From Marsupella aquatica (taxonomy: Eukaryota > Plantae > Marchantiophyta): a stretch of DNA of 64,000 nucleotides. A program made the position numbers and the translations under genes. The notes under the pieces are model-generated. The model was not told where the DNA came from. It made no database searches and saw nothing but the letters and a program-made list of their open reading frames with translations. Positions 38,848 through 50,965 of this stretch are shown one piece after another (the stretch's first letter is position 1; every line of letters starts with the position of its first letter). Where the stretch lies: contig OZ316895.1 of the NCBI GenBank assembly GCA_973895155.1, positions 22,952,558-23,016,557 of the forward strand. Reading direction: 5' to 3'.

Positions 38848-39316
38848 AAATGTTAGCTGTTAACTTTGGATAATGTTTCTTTGCTTCCCCTCCTCAAACA
38901 AGGTGGTTTTTCAGCACTTCCTTAAAATTTTCAGACATCTAATTTTAGACTCTGGCTGTGGCAGCGGAAGCGGGACTAAACGGGATTTCACATACTGCTG
39001 AGCCATCTAATTGTTGTCTCGCTTAGTTGAGAGATGAGCAAAACTCTCGAAAGATTCGGGCAGAGACCATTGAGATGCGCTAGAAATGTTTGCTGTTAAC
39101 CTTAGTTTTTGTTCATTGCTAAGCAAATTGTTTTTTTCTGTCTGCAGCACTTTCGAAATTTCAGACATCTGATTTGAGACTCTGGGTGTGGCAGCGGAAA
39201 CGGGACTAAAGGGGATTTCACATACTGCTGATCCATCTAATTGTTGTCTCGCTAAGTTGAGAGATGAGCTTTTCTCTTTGAAAGATTTGGGAAGAGACCA
39301 TTAAGATGCGCTAGAG
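38848..39316. repeat. ~235-bp tandem duplication at the left edge of the virus-like region
   Basis: gaaatgtt.gctgttaac...ttcagacatct...gtggcagcggaa.cgggactaaa...gagatgcgctaga occurs twice. Confidence 0.85.
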
Positions 39317-42300
39317 CTGTACTTACTCAAAAACAATCTTCATCAAGAAAGCACGAGAAAGAAAGAGCTTTGAACCGACAGCGTCCCCAATCCTTTATCC
39401 CCTTGACATGAAAAACAGAGTTGTCTTGCACCGTGCGTCTTTGGGATCCGCGTTGGACTAATTCTCCCTCTCATGTCATGTCACCAAGTGCTACCAGTGT
39501 ACAGCTTCATCACCCTAGAGCTTGAAAGCATCTGAATTGGACTGTCTTGTGTTCCTCGAGGAAAAAAATGCTTCGAGAAACTCGTAAAATTTCATGGGTG
39601 ATTAGCAGTTTCCACTCCACTACTAATTCCACCGAAACAAAACAAGGCGAGGGTGTGTTGTGTACAAGCTCAGGAAAATTTGCTCTAAATGAGCTGTACA
39701 TCTCAGTTGAAAGGTCACTACAGGAAACAATGGACATCCATCACTATGGCGGTCGAGAGATTTTCGTCCGCTTCACTTGAGGTTCTTCTGCAGGCATTGC
39801 ATGGCACCCACAAGCGAAAATCAAAACACAAACAAAAGCTTTCCAGCATTGAACTCGGAGGTGACTTCTGTATCAGAATTAGTACACTGCTAATACTTCT
39901 AATCAGCACAGCCCATACCTACAGAAGACCACAAATCAAATTTCCATCCCAAAGAAAGAGCAGGGCATAGAATTAAGAATCACGGTGCTGAAGATTAGTA
40001 AGCACAATGCCCAACCTGATGTACTGTAGGAATTAAAGAACGTTGAGGTATCGAATTCATTCGTGCCATAATCTGTATGGGGCAAAGGTTCAGCCTGGTC
40101 TCGCCTGCGTGCTTCTCCAGTAGCAGATGCTGATCCCACAATGTTCATCAAAATTGCCTCCACTTTTGAGGCCGTTGCATCTCGATTAGATTTCGTAAGA
40201 GTCAGTGTTGCTGCACAACAATCGAAAAATCATTTAGGGTTGATATGCTGATACAAACCTACCACAAGATATGCTCCACATGGTCCAAGCTGAATGGTTA
40301 AAAAAATTCCAGAAGCTGATAATTGATGATGCTTACGGAGGAGGGGAACCCAACCTGTGTCCTCCCGCAATTTTATGTCCTCCACAAAGGGCAAATCATG
40401 GCCAAATCGGGGAGCGCGCAAAGATCCAAAAACCTGCAGCAATCGACTTGATGAAAACTCCGTAGTAGAACTCCACTTATTCAAGCTCTTAATTTACAAG
40501 TACACCGACCTAACAGGAAAGCAATAGAAAGTAAGAGAGCGGTCTTACAGCAGTTTGTGAGGAGGAAAGTAAAGCCGTGAGAGCATCACGAAAGCGCTCG
40601 CTTTGAAGCTCCATTCGTCCCACCTGACGACAACCAATCACTTCCGTTCGGTGCTATATACATTGGTTCCACATGGCCTTCCATTCAAGCAAAACTACCG
40701 CAAACTTTACTGGATCATTGACGACAATCGTTTGGAAATAGACATAAAAGCAGAAACAAAACCAGACATGGTAGAAAACAATATATTCTATAAATCAACC
40801 TGGAAAGTTACCTCGTCGATAATGTGTAACTTGATATCCTTTGCTGGAATTAATAATGGTAGCGCAACCCTCTCAAAATCTTCCAGCGCAAAGTAATACT
40901 TCCCAACCTATACAGTTAAAACGTGGTCGGCATGCACATGGATCGTTGGAAGTCTTTCTGACAATGCATGGCTTGACATTTGAAGGCTATCGCGTCGTCA
41001 TGTGAATGTAGCTCAAACTCTTGAGCTAATCTTTTGCAGGTCAGAAAGCTTACTTTGGGACCACAACCTCTGCGCATTCTGGATAATGGCGCTCGCTCTC
41101 CAGAGAACGTTTCTGGAATTTTCCAACATCCACGTCAGTATCAAGAATTTATTCCCTATGTCTCACCACGAAAGGATGCAAATGAAGAATTGCCACCCGA
41201 GTTGCAGTCCTTTCTTACCTCAAAACCATCTTCACCCTCACCAATCACAACGAAATAGAATCTCCTCGGAAACCATATTCGCATATCACAAAACGATGGG
41301 ACCAATTCTAGACATAATTTTTTCTGACTACCTGGTTTAGGAGCCTCCTATGCGTGCATGGCTTACGTACAGTAGTGAGACTCAGAGCCAGATAACACTA
41401 GGCTGCCTCTTTGGCGCACTGGGGGCGATCATCAAAGCATTTCAACCCGAAAAAAATTCAAGTTTCCATCAGGATCTAAACGGAAATATCCAGTCACATC
41501 CCGCGGGCCGCTTCGAGTGCAATTGCCTGAGATTGTTACATTCTGTGCGCACCCAGGAAAGCGGAGCAGAACTATTTGAGTCAGTCGCCGCATTTGCGTA
41601 ACTAACGAAAACTTGGTATCTGGTCGGTGCGGTTGAGTCTCTCCGCACACCTACTACCTTTAATACCCAGGAAATACTGGCAGCTGATTGAAAACTTCAA
41701 GAGCACAGATGTGGAGCATACGTATGTCATAGCCAATTTTTTCTCCGGTCTTCGGATTCCGAGCCTCCACCTTGAAGAATCCTGCAATGACATCTTGGGG
41801 CAGCTTCTTGGCGGCATTGAGTACCAACCTAAGGTCATAAGAGGCACGAAACAAAGAAAATTGCGATTCGGTTCAAAGTCGTGCCACTGAAATTGGATTA
41901 TTACACAGGCCCACCTCTAGTTCTTATTCAGAAAGATACGAGAATTTCCTATGAAATGCGATTGATTCTCATTTGACACATCCTTAGTAAGACATTTTCG
42001 CTTTAGCCGCCGTACGCCACTTTGGAAGTGACAAGACAACCTTTCACATCCAACAAGAAGGCTGGAATTTAAACATGACAAGAAGAATTCAATGACGACG
42101 TAAACCAAATTCAGTGAGCTAACAGGAAATGTTGACAGATGATTGATAGTGGGAAATGCCAGGAATCTACTTACCACGATTTTCCGACGCCTGTTAGAAG
42201 TACCATGTGACCACATCCAGACAACAAGATCAACATCATCACCCATTAGCTACTGCACTCTTCAATTTTTTAACGTATCCTCATCAAACACCAAATGCAA

Positions 42301-43000
42301 CATGCCCTACACTCATTAATGTAACCAAAATCTAAATAATTCCACAAAGTGAATTGACAAGAAACCATAATGCACTCCATCGCTTCCTGCTGCTGGCCCC
42401 TTCGGACAATGCTTACTGTGTAAGCAACAAGAGCATGCTGCTGTGAGCAAGAATATGCTGCTGCTTTTCCAGTACAGTGCAGTACAGAACATTCGGACCT
42501 GTTAAAATGCTTCCTGAACAGCTAAGGATAAATACCACAACAGCATTACAGCTCCCGGTTCAGAGAGGGCCATCTCTTTGGTTAGAGGAAGGTTTGGGAC
42601 CTAAGGTGCGAATGATTCGGGATGACGCCTCAGTGTACTCCTTAGGAGACATTCAATGACAACTCATCCCTGGACCCATCCCATTGTCAACTCGAAATTG
42701 AACTTTGACTCCGTTGATCTCATGATCTGCCCGCTTGAGGAGTTGAGGCGAGAGCCGTGGAAGGTTCACCTGCAAGTCTAAGGTCGGAATGATTGAAAGA
42801 AATTTGGAATGATGAGCACGAAACTATTCACAGAACTCATTGCAGCAGCGAAAGAAGAGGTGGGTATACATCAGAACCAATGCGAAATGAGTGAGACCTG
42901 GCTGCCCTGTTACAAAGACATTGATGGCCGAAGACGTATGCTGCTCATCACCCCCACCAACACCACCCCCAGCCTCCAATTTATCCCCCATCGTTACCTT
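39170..43000 (+). pseudogene. Putative endogenous viral element: decayed C-terminal half of a negative-strand RNA virus L protein (PRNTase capping and methyltransferase)
   Basis: Near-open reading frame with scattered stops and frameshifts. Ordered motifs: CSS..LR..RKISW, SPYLQKTT, GSAWSRL, DMLIQ, AYHK, GCLF/TGGD, TDVE, IRFKV, SYEMRL. Boundaries are approximate. Confidence 0.6.
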
Positions 43001-44099
43001 CCACACTCATCGATGAGGGGAGTCTATGCTCCTCATTACGACCATGCTTTCAATCCAAAATCTCCACCATGCTGTACTCACTATGACCCGACTCAAAAAC
43101 ATTCACGCTTATCCCATTTCTCAACGTCACGTTCCAAAACTCCTCGTCCGCATTGTCATCGTCGTCCAGCTGTGTCCTTCTGGCCAGCTCAATTCCCAAC
43201 GCAAAAGCAAGATCCTCGCCTCACCTCTCTCTTTTGTCTATGGAGCGGCTCCAGGGATGGAAAACACTAATACCTCCAAAGCGGCCAGAGGAGGAGCGAA
43301 AGTGGTCTCCACTAGACGTCTACGACGAGTCTCGAGCTAAGACCCGAGCTGAAATCCATCCGGTACACGACTACTACACAATCTCGATCTTTGCGTCTTT
43401 GACTCGATCAGATATCCAACAATGCTCACAAGAACTGCGTGAACCTCTGTTGGATGGGTAAGCTTTCAGTTTCAAGGCCAAAAGAACTGCGTGAACCTCC
43501 TCTCTGTCTCTTTCTCTCTCTAGCTAGCTCTCTGTAACTAATTCAGATTCCATCTCCGAGGCTCAGAAACAGTGGAAGCGAAAGGCATTTCACTACGCCA
43601 ACCAATTTCCACGTCTTCCACACTCCAATTCGCTTTCAACAGCAACCAGCGGATCCTTCCACAAACAAATTCTTCGCCAGCGATTGCTTGAACAGACCCA
43701 ACGATAGAAAAGAATTCAAGTCGACAGCAGGAGCACTTGAGAGCGGATTGAGAATCGGAAAAGGGCCTCTACTGTCAAAAGAACCACGACAGCATCGAGC
43801 GCTTGACCATCTCTCTCGCTCTCTCTGTGATTTTGTAATCTCTGTTGTGCTCATCTTGCTCGGCCCTCGCTCTCTGTTTTATCGTGGTTGGCTCCGAGAA
43901 GAGAAGTTGCTGTTCCTCCTTTGCTGACGAGCAAAAACCGAAACATGCTTCATCAGACTTTCTAATATTTTGGTCCCGCTTTGCTTAGTCAGTATAGAGT
44001 GCCAGAACATAAATGAATAGATTTGTTCGATATTATTGGATTTTTATATCGTTTGTTTTCTGATAGGCAGGGCGACCAGCTCTGATAAATTAACACTTC

Positions 44100-44368
44100 G
44101 GAATTGGTGGGGCCCTGGTTTCTTATTTTGCCACTCGTTGTCACTCCAAAAAGGCTTGATGGGGCCATCCTGTGGGGTTGGGGCAGTACTCTGTTTATTA
44201 ACAGCTTGGAATTGGTGGGGACTTCGTTTTCTTATTTTGCCACTCTTTGTCAGTCCAAAAGACTTGATGGGGCCGTCCTGTGGGTTGGGGCACTACTCTG
44301 TTTATTATTGGTGGGGACCTCGTTTCTTATTTTGCCACTCTTTGTCACTCCAAAACTGATGGGGCCAA
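44100..44368. repeat. ~110-bp tandem repeat, continuing at 51821-51927 beyond the nested LTR insertions
   Basis: Unit ttggtgggg...tttcttattttgccactc...gatggggcc..cctgtggg repeated. Confidence 0.8.
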
Positions 44369-44369
44369 G

Positions 44370-44660
44370 GTATTCTACGTTGCGAGCAAGCAAGAGATTT
44401 TGATAACAAATAGATTTTGATAGCGAGACAATAATGGTTCCAAATTTCAGCTGCTTTTTGGTGCCTTTTACATATTTTGTGTTTTTTTAAAGACTCTACA
44501 TGGCTAGCGAGCTCGCTAGCAAAAAGGGAGTCCCCAAAAGGGATGTTACCAACCAGGTAGTTGATAGCGAGGCAGTTGCATGTAGAAAAATGGAGGTCAT
44601 GAAAGATTTTTTTTGCTTGTGCAAAGAAAAACTTTACTGTTTGCTCGCACGTTATAATTA
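44370..44660. mobile_element. Degenerate MITE-like insertion
   Basis: Imperfect inverted ends tattctacgttgcgagcaagca / tgtttgctcgcacgttataatta interrupt the 110-bp repeat. Confidence 0.45.
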
Positions 44661-46497
44661 TCCGATGAGGCCTTTGTTGAGCATAGACGACGATCGCAAC
44701 GGCAAGCCCATGAACCATCCAACGCACAGTAGTCGACACAGAGAGATACGTGGTTCACCTCCACATGAGGCTACGTCCACGGGAACACACATGTGTTGGG
44801 TATTTACTCTTACGTCTAGGTTAGGTATGACGTGGTTGGTACAACTACATGGTTAGGTACAACTACGTGATTAGGTACAACTATGTGGTTAGGTACAACT
44901 AAGTTGCACACTATATCATAAGAGGCATGTGTGCTTGGAGAGGTAGAACCAAGGCTCATTGTTATGGAGCCACTTGAGAGATAGGGAGAGCTTACACTAT
45001 GGAGACTCGGTATAGCCGACGGGCTTAGAGTTCAGTAAAGCTCTCTTGTGTGTTCCCGTGGACGTAGCCTCAAGGAGGTGAACCACGTATCTCTTGTGTC
45101 GACTATTGTGCGTTGGATGGTTCATGGGCTTGCCGTTGCGATCGTCGTCTATGCTCAACAATTGGTATTAGAGCATGCTTGGGAGGTGACGTGTGTTCGT
45201 GACGGGATTTCATGACGGTTTTTCCAGCGTTGAGTGTTGGTGGATTTTCCAGAGTTCCTTCGCATGGAACTTAGAGTTTATGGGCTCAACGGATAGATCA
45301 GGGCAAGAGCTTTCTAACGGTGTGAAGAAATCGTTGAATGGAGCTCGTGGTGCAGAGAGATCTAAGTTTTCGTCGTTCTGGATTTTGTGAAGAAAGTTGG
45401 CAATCGACTCGGAGGGAGAAGCGTCAAGTGTTTTGACTCAACGGAGAGATTGAGGCAAGACGATTGTTTTTGAGTCCGGGATTGGCTCTTTGATGCAAAG
45501 AGGAAGGCTAAGCAAAATCATTTACCTTGTTGGACTTGGTGACGGCACCAAGTGCAATTGATCAACATTCGTTGTTGACAAGGTACCATTTTTTTTTCTT
45601 TGAAAAACTGATTCAAAATTGGCTATGGCAATTGAGAGAAATCTGTCATCTTTACCAATTTTTTTCTCTCTCGTTCTTTCCTCGTTTTGGGTGCTTCTTA
45701 TATCGATCTTCATCGCCTCGGAGTCTAGTTTCCAAATCTGAAATCGGATCTTGATTTCGTCAAAACCCGAGTGAGATATCTTGCGTTTGGTGTCGAGGGG
45801 TACATTCTGCCGTGTGTATTTTCTACGCGCGCGACCAGATTTCGACGACGAAGGGTGGTAGGGGGTTTTGGGGGTTCGAGGACACATGTCAGCCCCTCGA
45901 TTGTTCTTCCAAAATTCCCACAGGGCCTGTACAAGGGTCATAGAATATTCCAAAAAACCAGAGAGCTATTTTTTGACCGTCCGACAAAGATTTCATCCGC
46001 CGAACGGTAACTTTTTTGGTTATTTTTCGGCGAGGTCGTAGCCATTGAAGTTGGCAACGCAGCGCACCAATCACATCGCAATTTCGACAACGGGTTGTAC
46101 TTGGTATTTTGGTTATTCCCTGAGGTGGTCAAAACGGGGGAGTTTCCCAAGGTTTTATCCACCTCGACCGAAATTTGAATAACTTTTCCGTCAAATTTCG
46201 ATTTTGATTTCGGTTTTCAGTATTGGACTCCTAGCTTTGTGGGCTACGCGGCGGTGTTAAGTTTCGAGTTTTTTGAGAAGTTGTGAAAAACAACATTTTT
46301 TGTGATTTTCTCATATGAGTGATTCGAAGGAGTTTTTCGAAGACGTGGAACTTGAAGCACGAGGATCATCGCGGAGGTTTCAGGGGCAGAGAGAGGAGTA
46401 GGAGGAAGAGCACGTGACACCGATACCATCACCGGTGCGGCGTGTGGTGAAGGAAGCAGTACTACTACCGGAGCTCACGGTAGTGCCAAAGAAGAAG

Positions 46498-47355
46498 ATG
46501 GGGACTTTCAAGCTTGGGGGACCCAAGTATGAAGTGACAAAGTATGATGGGCGCTCTGACTACTTGCTATGGGAGAAGCAGGTGAAGGGAGTGCTTTATG
46601 CATCAGGGATGGGCCAACTGCTGAGCCCTCGTGAAGACGATGTTGATGAGAAACAATGGGACCGCATGCAGGAGCAGGGAGTGTGGTGTGTTACACTCTA
46701 TCTCATGCCTCCCATCATCAAGCAGTTGGGTGCACATAAGGATTGCATGTCCTTGTTTGCGGAATTGCAGAGCAAGTATCACCGCAAGGAGTTGTCGAAC
46801 CGGCTCTACACTTCCTACAAACTGATGAGTTTCAGGATGAAGGAATCTGGTACGAAGTTGCAAGACCATGTGGATGCTTTCAACGACATGGTCGTTGACT
46901 TGGAAAACCTTGGGGAGACTTTGAATGATGAGACGAAGGCTCTGCAGCTTCTTAGTTCATTGCCTCCATCTTACCAGTCCCTATCACGAGTGTTGTTGCA
47001 TCGTGATAGGGATACCATTTCATACAATGACATGATAAGTTCTCTGCTTAGTGATGATCTTCAACAGAAGATGCACATCACGTCACAGCCTTCATCATCT
47101 GGTGCTGCCCTCAATGTTAACCGTGGGAGGAGTATGCAGCGACCAACTGGGGACTGTAGAACCCAGTTTAGATCTAAATCCAGATCTAAGTCCAAGGGTA
47201 AATCCCCTCAGAGGAGGCAGGTGACATGTTGGAAGTGCAACCAAGTTGGACACTTCAAGCGAGACTGTAAGGGAAAGGCAGCGGAAACTTCATCGGCAAA
47301 TGTGGCTAGGGCTGATGGAGAAGCTGATTTACTCAATGATGAGTATGTTTTATGA
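46498..47355 (+). CDS. Copia Gag with CCHC zinc knuckle
   Basis: KYDGRSDYLLW, LLSSLPPSY and CWKCNQVGHFKRDC; ends at TGA. Confidence 0.9.
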   Translation: MGTFKLGGPKYEVTKYDGRSDYLLWEKQVKGVLYASGMGQLLSPREDDVDEKQWDRMQEQGVWCVTLYLMPPIIKQLGAHKDCMSLFAELQSKYHRKELSNRLYTSYKLMSFRMKESGTKLQDHVDAFNDMVVDLENLGETLNDETKALQLLSSLPPSYQSLSRVLLHRDRDTISYNDMISSLLSDDLQQKMHITSQPSSSGAALNVNRGRSMQRPTGDCRTQFRSKSRSKSKGKSPQRRQVTCWKCNQVGHFKRDCKGKAAETSSANVARADGEADLLNDEYVL

Positions 47356-50300
47356 AGCCGGGGGTATGCCCTGTGCACGTCATCTAGGAGAGCAGATGAT
47401 GTGTGGATTCTTGATTGTGCTTGCTCTTTTCATATTTGTTACATTCGTGAGTTTTTCCTCGGGGGGGTCACTTCCACGAAAGTGACACATCACGTGCGAC
47501 GAAGTATAGGCCCATTTAAATGGGTGTGGCGGAAGACTTCCAAAGTTTGGTGGAAGAACACATAAGGCATGTTTTATTGATTGGTCGACTTTAAAGAACA
47601 CATAGGCCTATTTAATTGCAAAAAATACTTTCTATAAAGTTTTTAGGGGTTTTTTAATAAAAAATGACAAAATTTTAAGAAAGAAAGGGCTTTGCAAAAA
47701 AATATTTTTCACTTTAAAGTTAGGGGGGTCAAACCCTAAAACGTCGCACGCGATGTATGACCCTCCATATAGTGACCCCCCCGAGAGTTTTTCAGTTCTT
47801 ACTCTGTTTCAAACGGTTCAGTTCTGATGGGAAATGATCACTCCTGTCAAATTGAGGGAATTGGATCTATGAAGATTCAAATGTTTGATGGCGCTATGCG
47901 CACAGTGTCCAGAGTCAGGTATGTACCTGGCATGCGTAAGAATCTGATTTCACTCGGTGTGTTGGATTCAAATGGTCATCAATGGAGCGTTATTGATGGT
48001 GAACTTCAAGTCAGGTCGGGAGAGACAGTGATTTTGAAGGGGAGTAGACAAAAGAATTTGTATGTGTTATAGGGTAATACTGTATGTGGAGAGGCCAATG
48101 TAACCAAGTCTCACGAGGAGATGACTCAACTGTGGCATTCACGGCTAGGCCACATGAGTGAGAAGGGTTTGGCTATCTTACGGAAGAATGGACTCATTTC
48201 TGATTTGCAATCTTGTAAATTAGAGTTTTGTGAGCATTGCATTCTTGGAAAGCAGCATCATCGTGCTTTTGGTGTTGGAACTCATCGTTCCAAAGCGGTT
48301 CTTGAATACATACATAGTGACGTGTGGGGTCCATCCCCGACTCCCTCACACTCTGGAAAGTTGTACTATGTATCATTTATTGATGATTACTCAAGATTTG
48401 TGTGGATTTATTTCATGACGCATAAGTCTGATGTCTTGTCCATTTTTAAGAAGTGGAAGACCCAGGTGGAGAATCAGACTGGAAACACGATCAAGTGTTT
48501 GGATACAAGGGTGAAGAGTCTGAGGTCAGACAACGGCGGGGAGTACACTTCAATGGAATTTGAAGAGTACTGTTCAGAACAGGGGATAACTCGCCATCTC
48601 ACCACAGTTTATACTCCGCAGCAGAATGGTGTCGCTGAGAGGCTCAATCGGACACTGTTGGAGCGGTCACGGAGTATGTTGAGCCAATCAGGTTTACCAC
48701 AAGAATTTTGGGCAGAAGCTGTCAATACCGCAGCTTATTTGGTAAATCTTTCTCCTTCTAGTGCTATCAATTTTAAAACGCCGTTTGAGATGCGCTATAA
48801 GCGGCAAGCAGACTATCATGGCTTGGTAGTTTTTGGAAGTGATGCATATGCTCTCACACCGAAGCAGAATAGGACCAAGTTGGATCCTACCTCCAGGAAA
48901 TGTGTTTTTCTTGGGTACCAGAGTGGTGTGAAAGCCTATAGGCTATGGGATCCTATTGCCTGTAAGCTCGTTGTCAGTAGGGATGTTTCCTTCAATGAAT
49001 CTAGATTATTGAAGGAGGGGGAGAATACTCAGGTCTCCCGTACTGACAAAAGAAAATCTCCTATCCCGAATCTCGTTGAGGGGGAGATTGGTTATGAGGT
49101 GCATGACCGGAGAGAAGGAGTTGCTCCAATTATGGAGCTGGTTCCTGTGCTAGAGGAACCAGAGGAGTTTGTTGATGCTGGTGAACAGCAAGTGGATGCT
49201 GTTGAGCTTCAAATTATACCAGCACACGCAGATCAACCGGAGTCATCGGCTAGAAGAACATCTGGTCGCACTGTACGCGCTCCACCAAGGTATGGACAGT
49301 GGGTTGATTCATCTCAACTGCAAGAGGATGATTTTACAGCTGATGATGAGGGTGATGCGTTAATTTTGGAAGAAGGGGAACCTTCTTCATTTCATGAGGC
49401 AAGTGCTTCAAAGGAGAAGCAGAAATGGACTGCAGCAATGCAAACGGAGATGCAGTCACTAAAGGACAACAAAACTTGGGAGCTTGTTAAGCTGCCTAAG
49501 GGTCAGCAAGTGGTGGACAGCAAGTGGATTTACAAGCTGAAGGATAATTCCATAGGAGGTGGATCGAAGGTCTACAAGGCTAGATTGGTAGCAAAGGGAT
49601 TCACACAAGAGAAAGGTGTGGATTACAATGAGGTCTTCTCACCAGTTGCTAAGTACTCTACAATACGACTATTGTGTGTACTTGTTGTAATGTTTGGTCT
49701 GCTGCTAGATCAGATGGATGTTGTCACAGCTTTCCTCTATGGCACATTGGAAGAGGTGATCTTCATGAAACAACCGCTAGGTTTTGTGAAGAGAGGACAG
49801 GAGAAATTGGTTTGCAGATTGCTGAAATCCTTGTATGGGTTGAAGCAGTCACCAAGACAGTGGAACAAGCGGTTTGACGATTGGATTCGGTCACAAGGTT
49901 TTCACAGAAGTGTATTTGACCCTTGTGTGTATTTGAAACTGGTAAAGAATATTGTCTTTGGGTTCATTGTTTTAGTACTTTATATGGATGATATGCTAAT
50001 TGCAGCCAAGGATAGGTCTGAGATTGTTAAGCTCAAGGCACTGCTTAGTGCAGAGTTTAAGATGAAGGACTTAGGGCCAGCTAAGAGGATTTTGGGTATG
50101 GAGATCACTAGGGACTTGGAGGCTGGCAAGCTATGGTTGACGCAGAGCAGTTATGCGAGGAAGGTAATTGCAAGGTTCAACATGGGGAATAGCAAGCCAG
50201 TAAGTACCCCGTTGGCTCCACACTTCAAGTTATCATCAGTGTTCTGTCCTATGGATGACACAGAGAAGGGGTTGATGTCAAAGGTTCCGTATGACAAGGC

Positions 50301-50965
50301 AGTGGGGAGTCTCATGTATTTGATGACTTGCACTAGACTTGATCTTGCCATGGCTATGGGCAAGGTGAGCAGGTACATGTCGAATCCAGGAGAAGGTACA
50401 CTGGGAAGCAGTGAAGTGGATTATCAGGTACTTGAAGGGTACCGTGGATCATGGTCTTTTATTTGATGCGAATGCAAAGAATGCTAAATCATTGATTGGC
50501 TATGTTGATTCTGACTATGGACAAGATTTGGACCGAAGGAGATCAACAACAGGATACGTGTTCACACTTGGCGGTGGATGCATATGTTGGAGGTCTACTT
50601 TGCAGAAGTGTATTGCTCAGTCTACTACAGAAGCGGAGTATGTTGCAGCTGCGGAAGCAGCAAAGGAAGCGATTTGGTTGGATAGACTTATCACTGAAAT
50701 GGGATTGTCACAGGGGAATGTGAAGCTCCATTGTGATAGTCAAAGTGCGCTCCACCTTGCTGTGAACCAGGTGATGGACAGCAGAGTGAAGCACATTGAC
50801 GTTAGGTACCATTTTATCAGGCAGGCTGTGTCTGATAATTTGTTTGAGCTAGTCAAGATTGATGGTAAACTCAACCCGGCTGACGCATTTACCAAAGTGA
50901 TTCCTTTGGAGAGTTTCTCTAGACACCGTGACGTATTGCAAGTTTTGCAATTGCATCACAAGTAG
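47356..50965 (+). pseudogene. Copia pol (PR-INT-RT-RNase H), disrupted
   Basis: WILDCACSFHIC protease, WHSRLGH...CEHC, HSDVWG, LRSDNGGEY, QNGVAER, KARLVAKGF, LYMDDML and ADAFTK. Broken by a MITE (47458-47785), a TAG at 48070-48072 and a +1 frameshift at ~50390. Confidence 0.92.
47458..47785. mobile_element. 328-bp MITE inserted in the copia protease
   Basis: Perfect 15-bp TIR CTCGGGGGGGTCACT and 8-bp TSD AGTTTTTC (47450-47457, 47786-47793). Removing it restores REFFSSY...VLMGN. Confidence 0.92.

Noticed and set aside
39510-42246. Short minus-strand ORFs read as exons of a host gene
   Set aside because: No recognisable domain or consistent splice chain. The plus strand carries ordered L-protein motifs.
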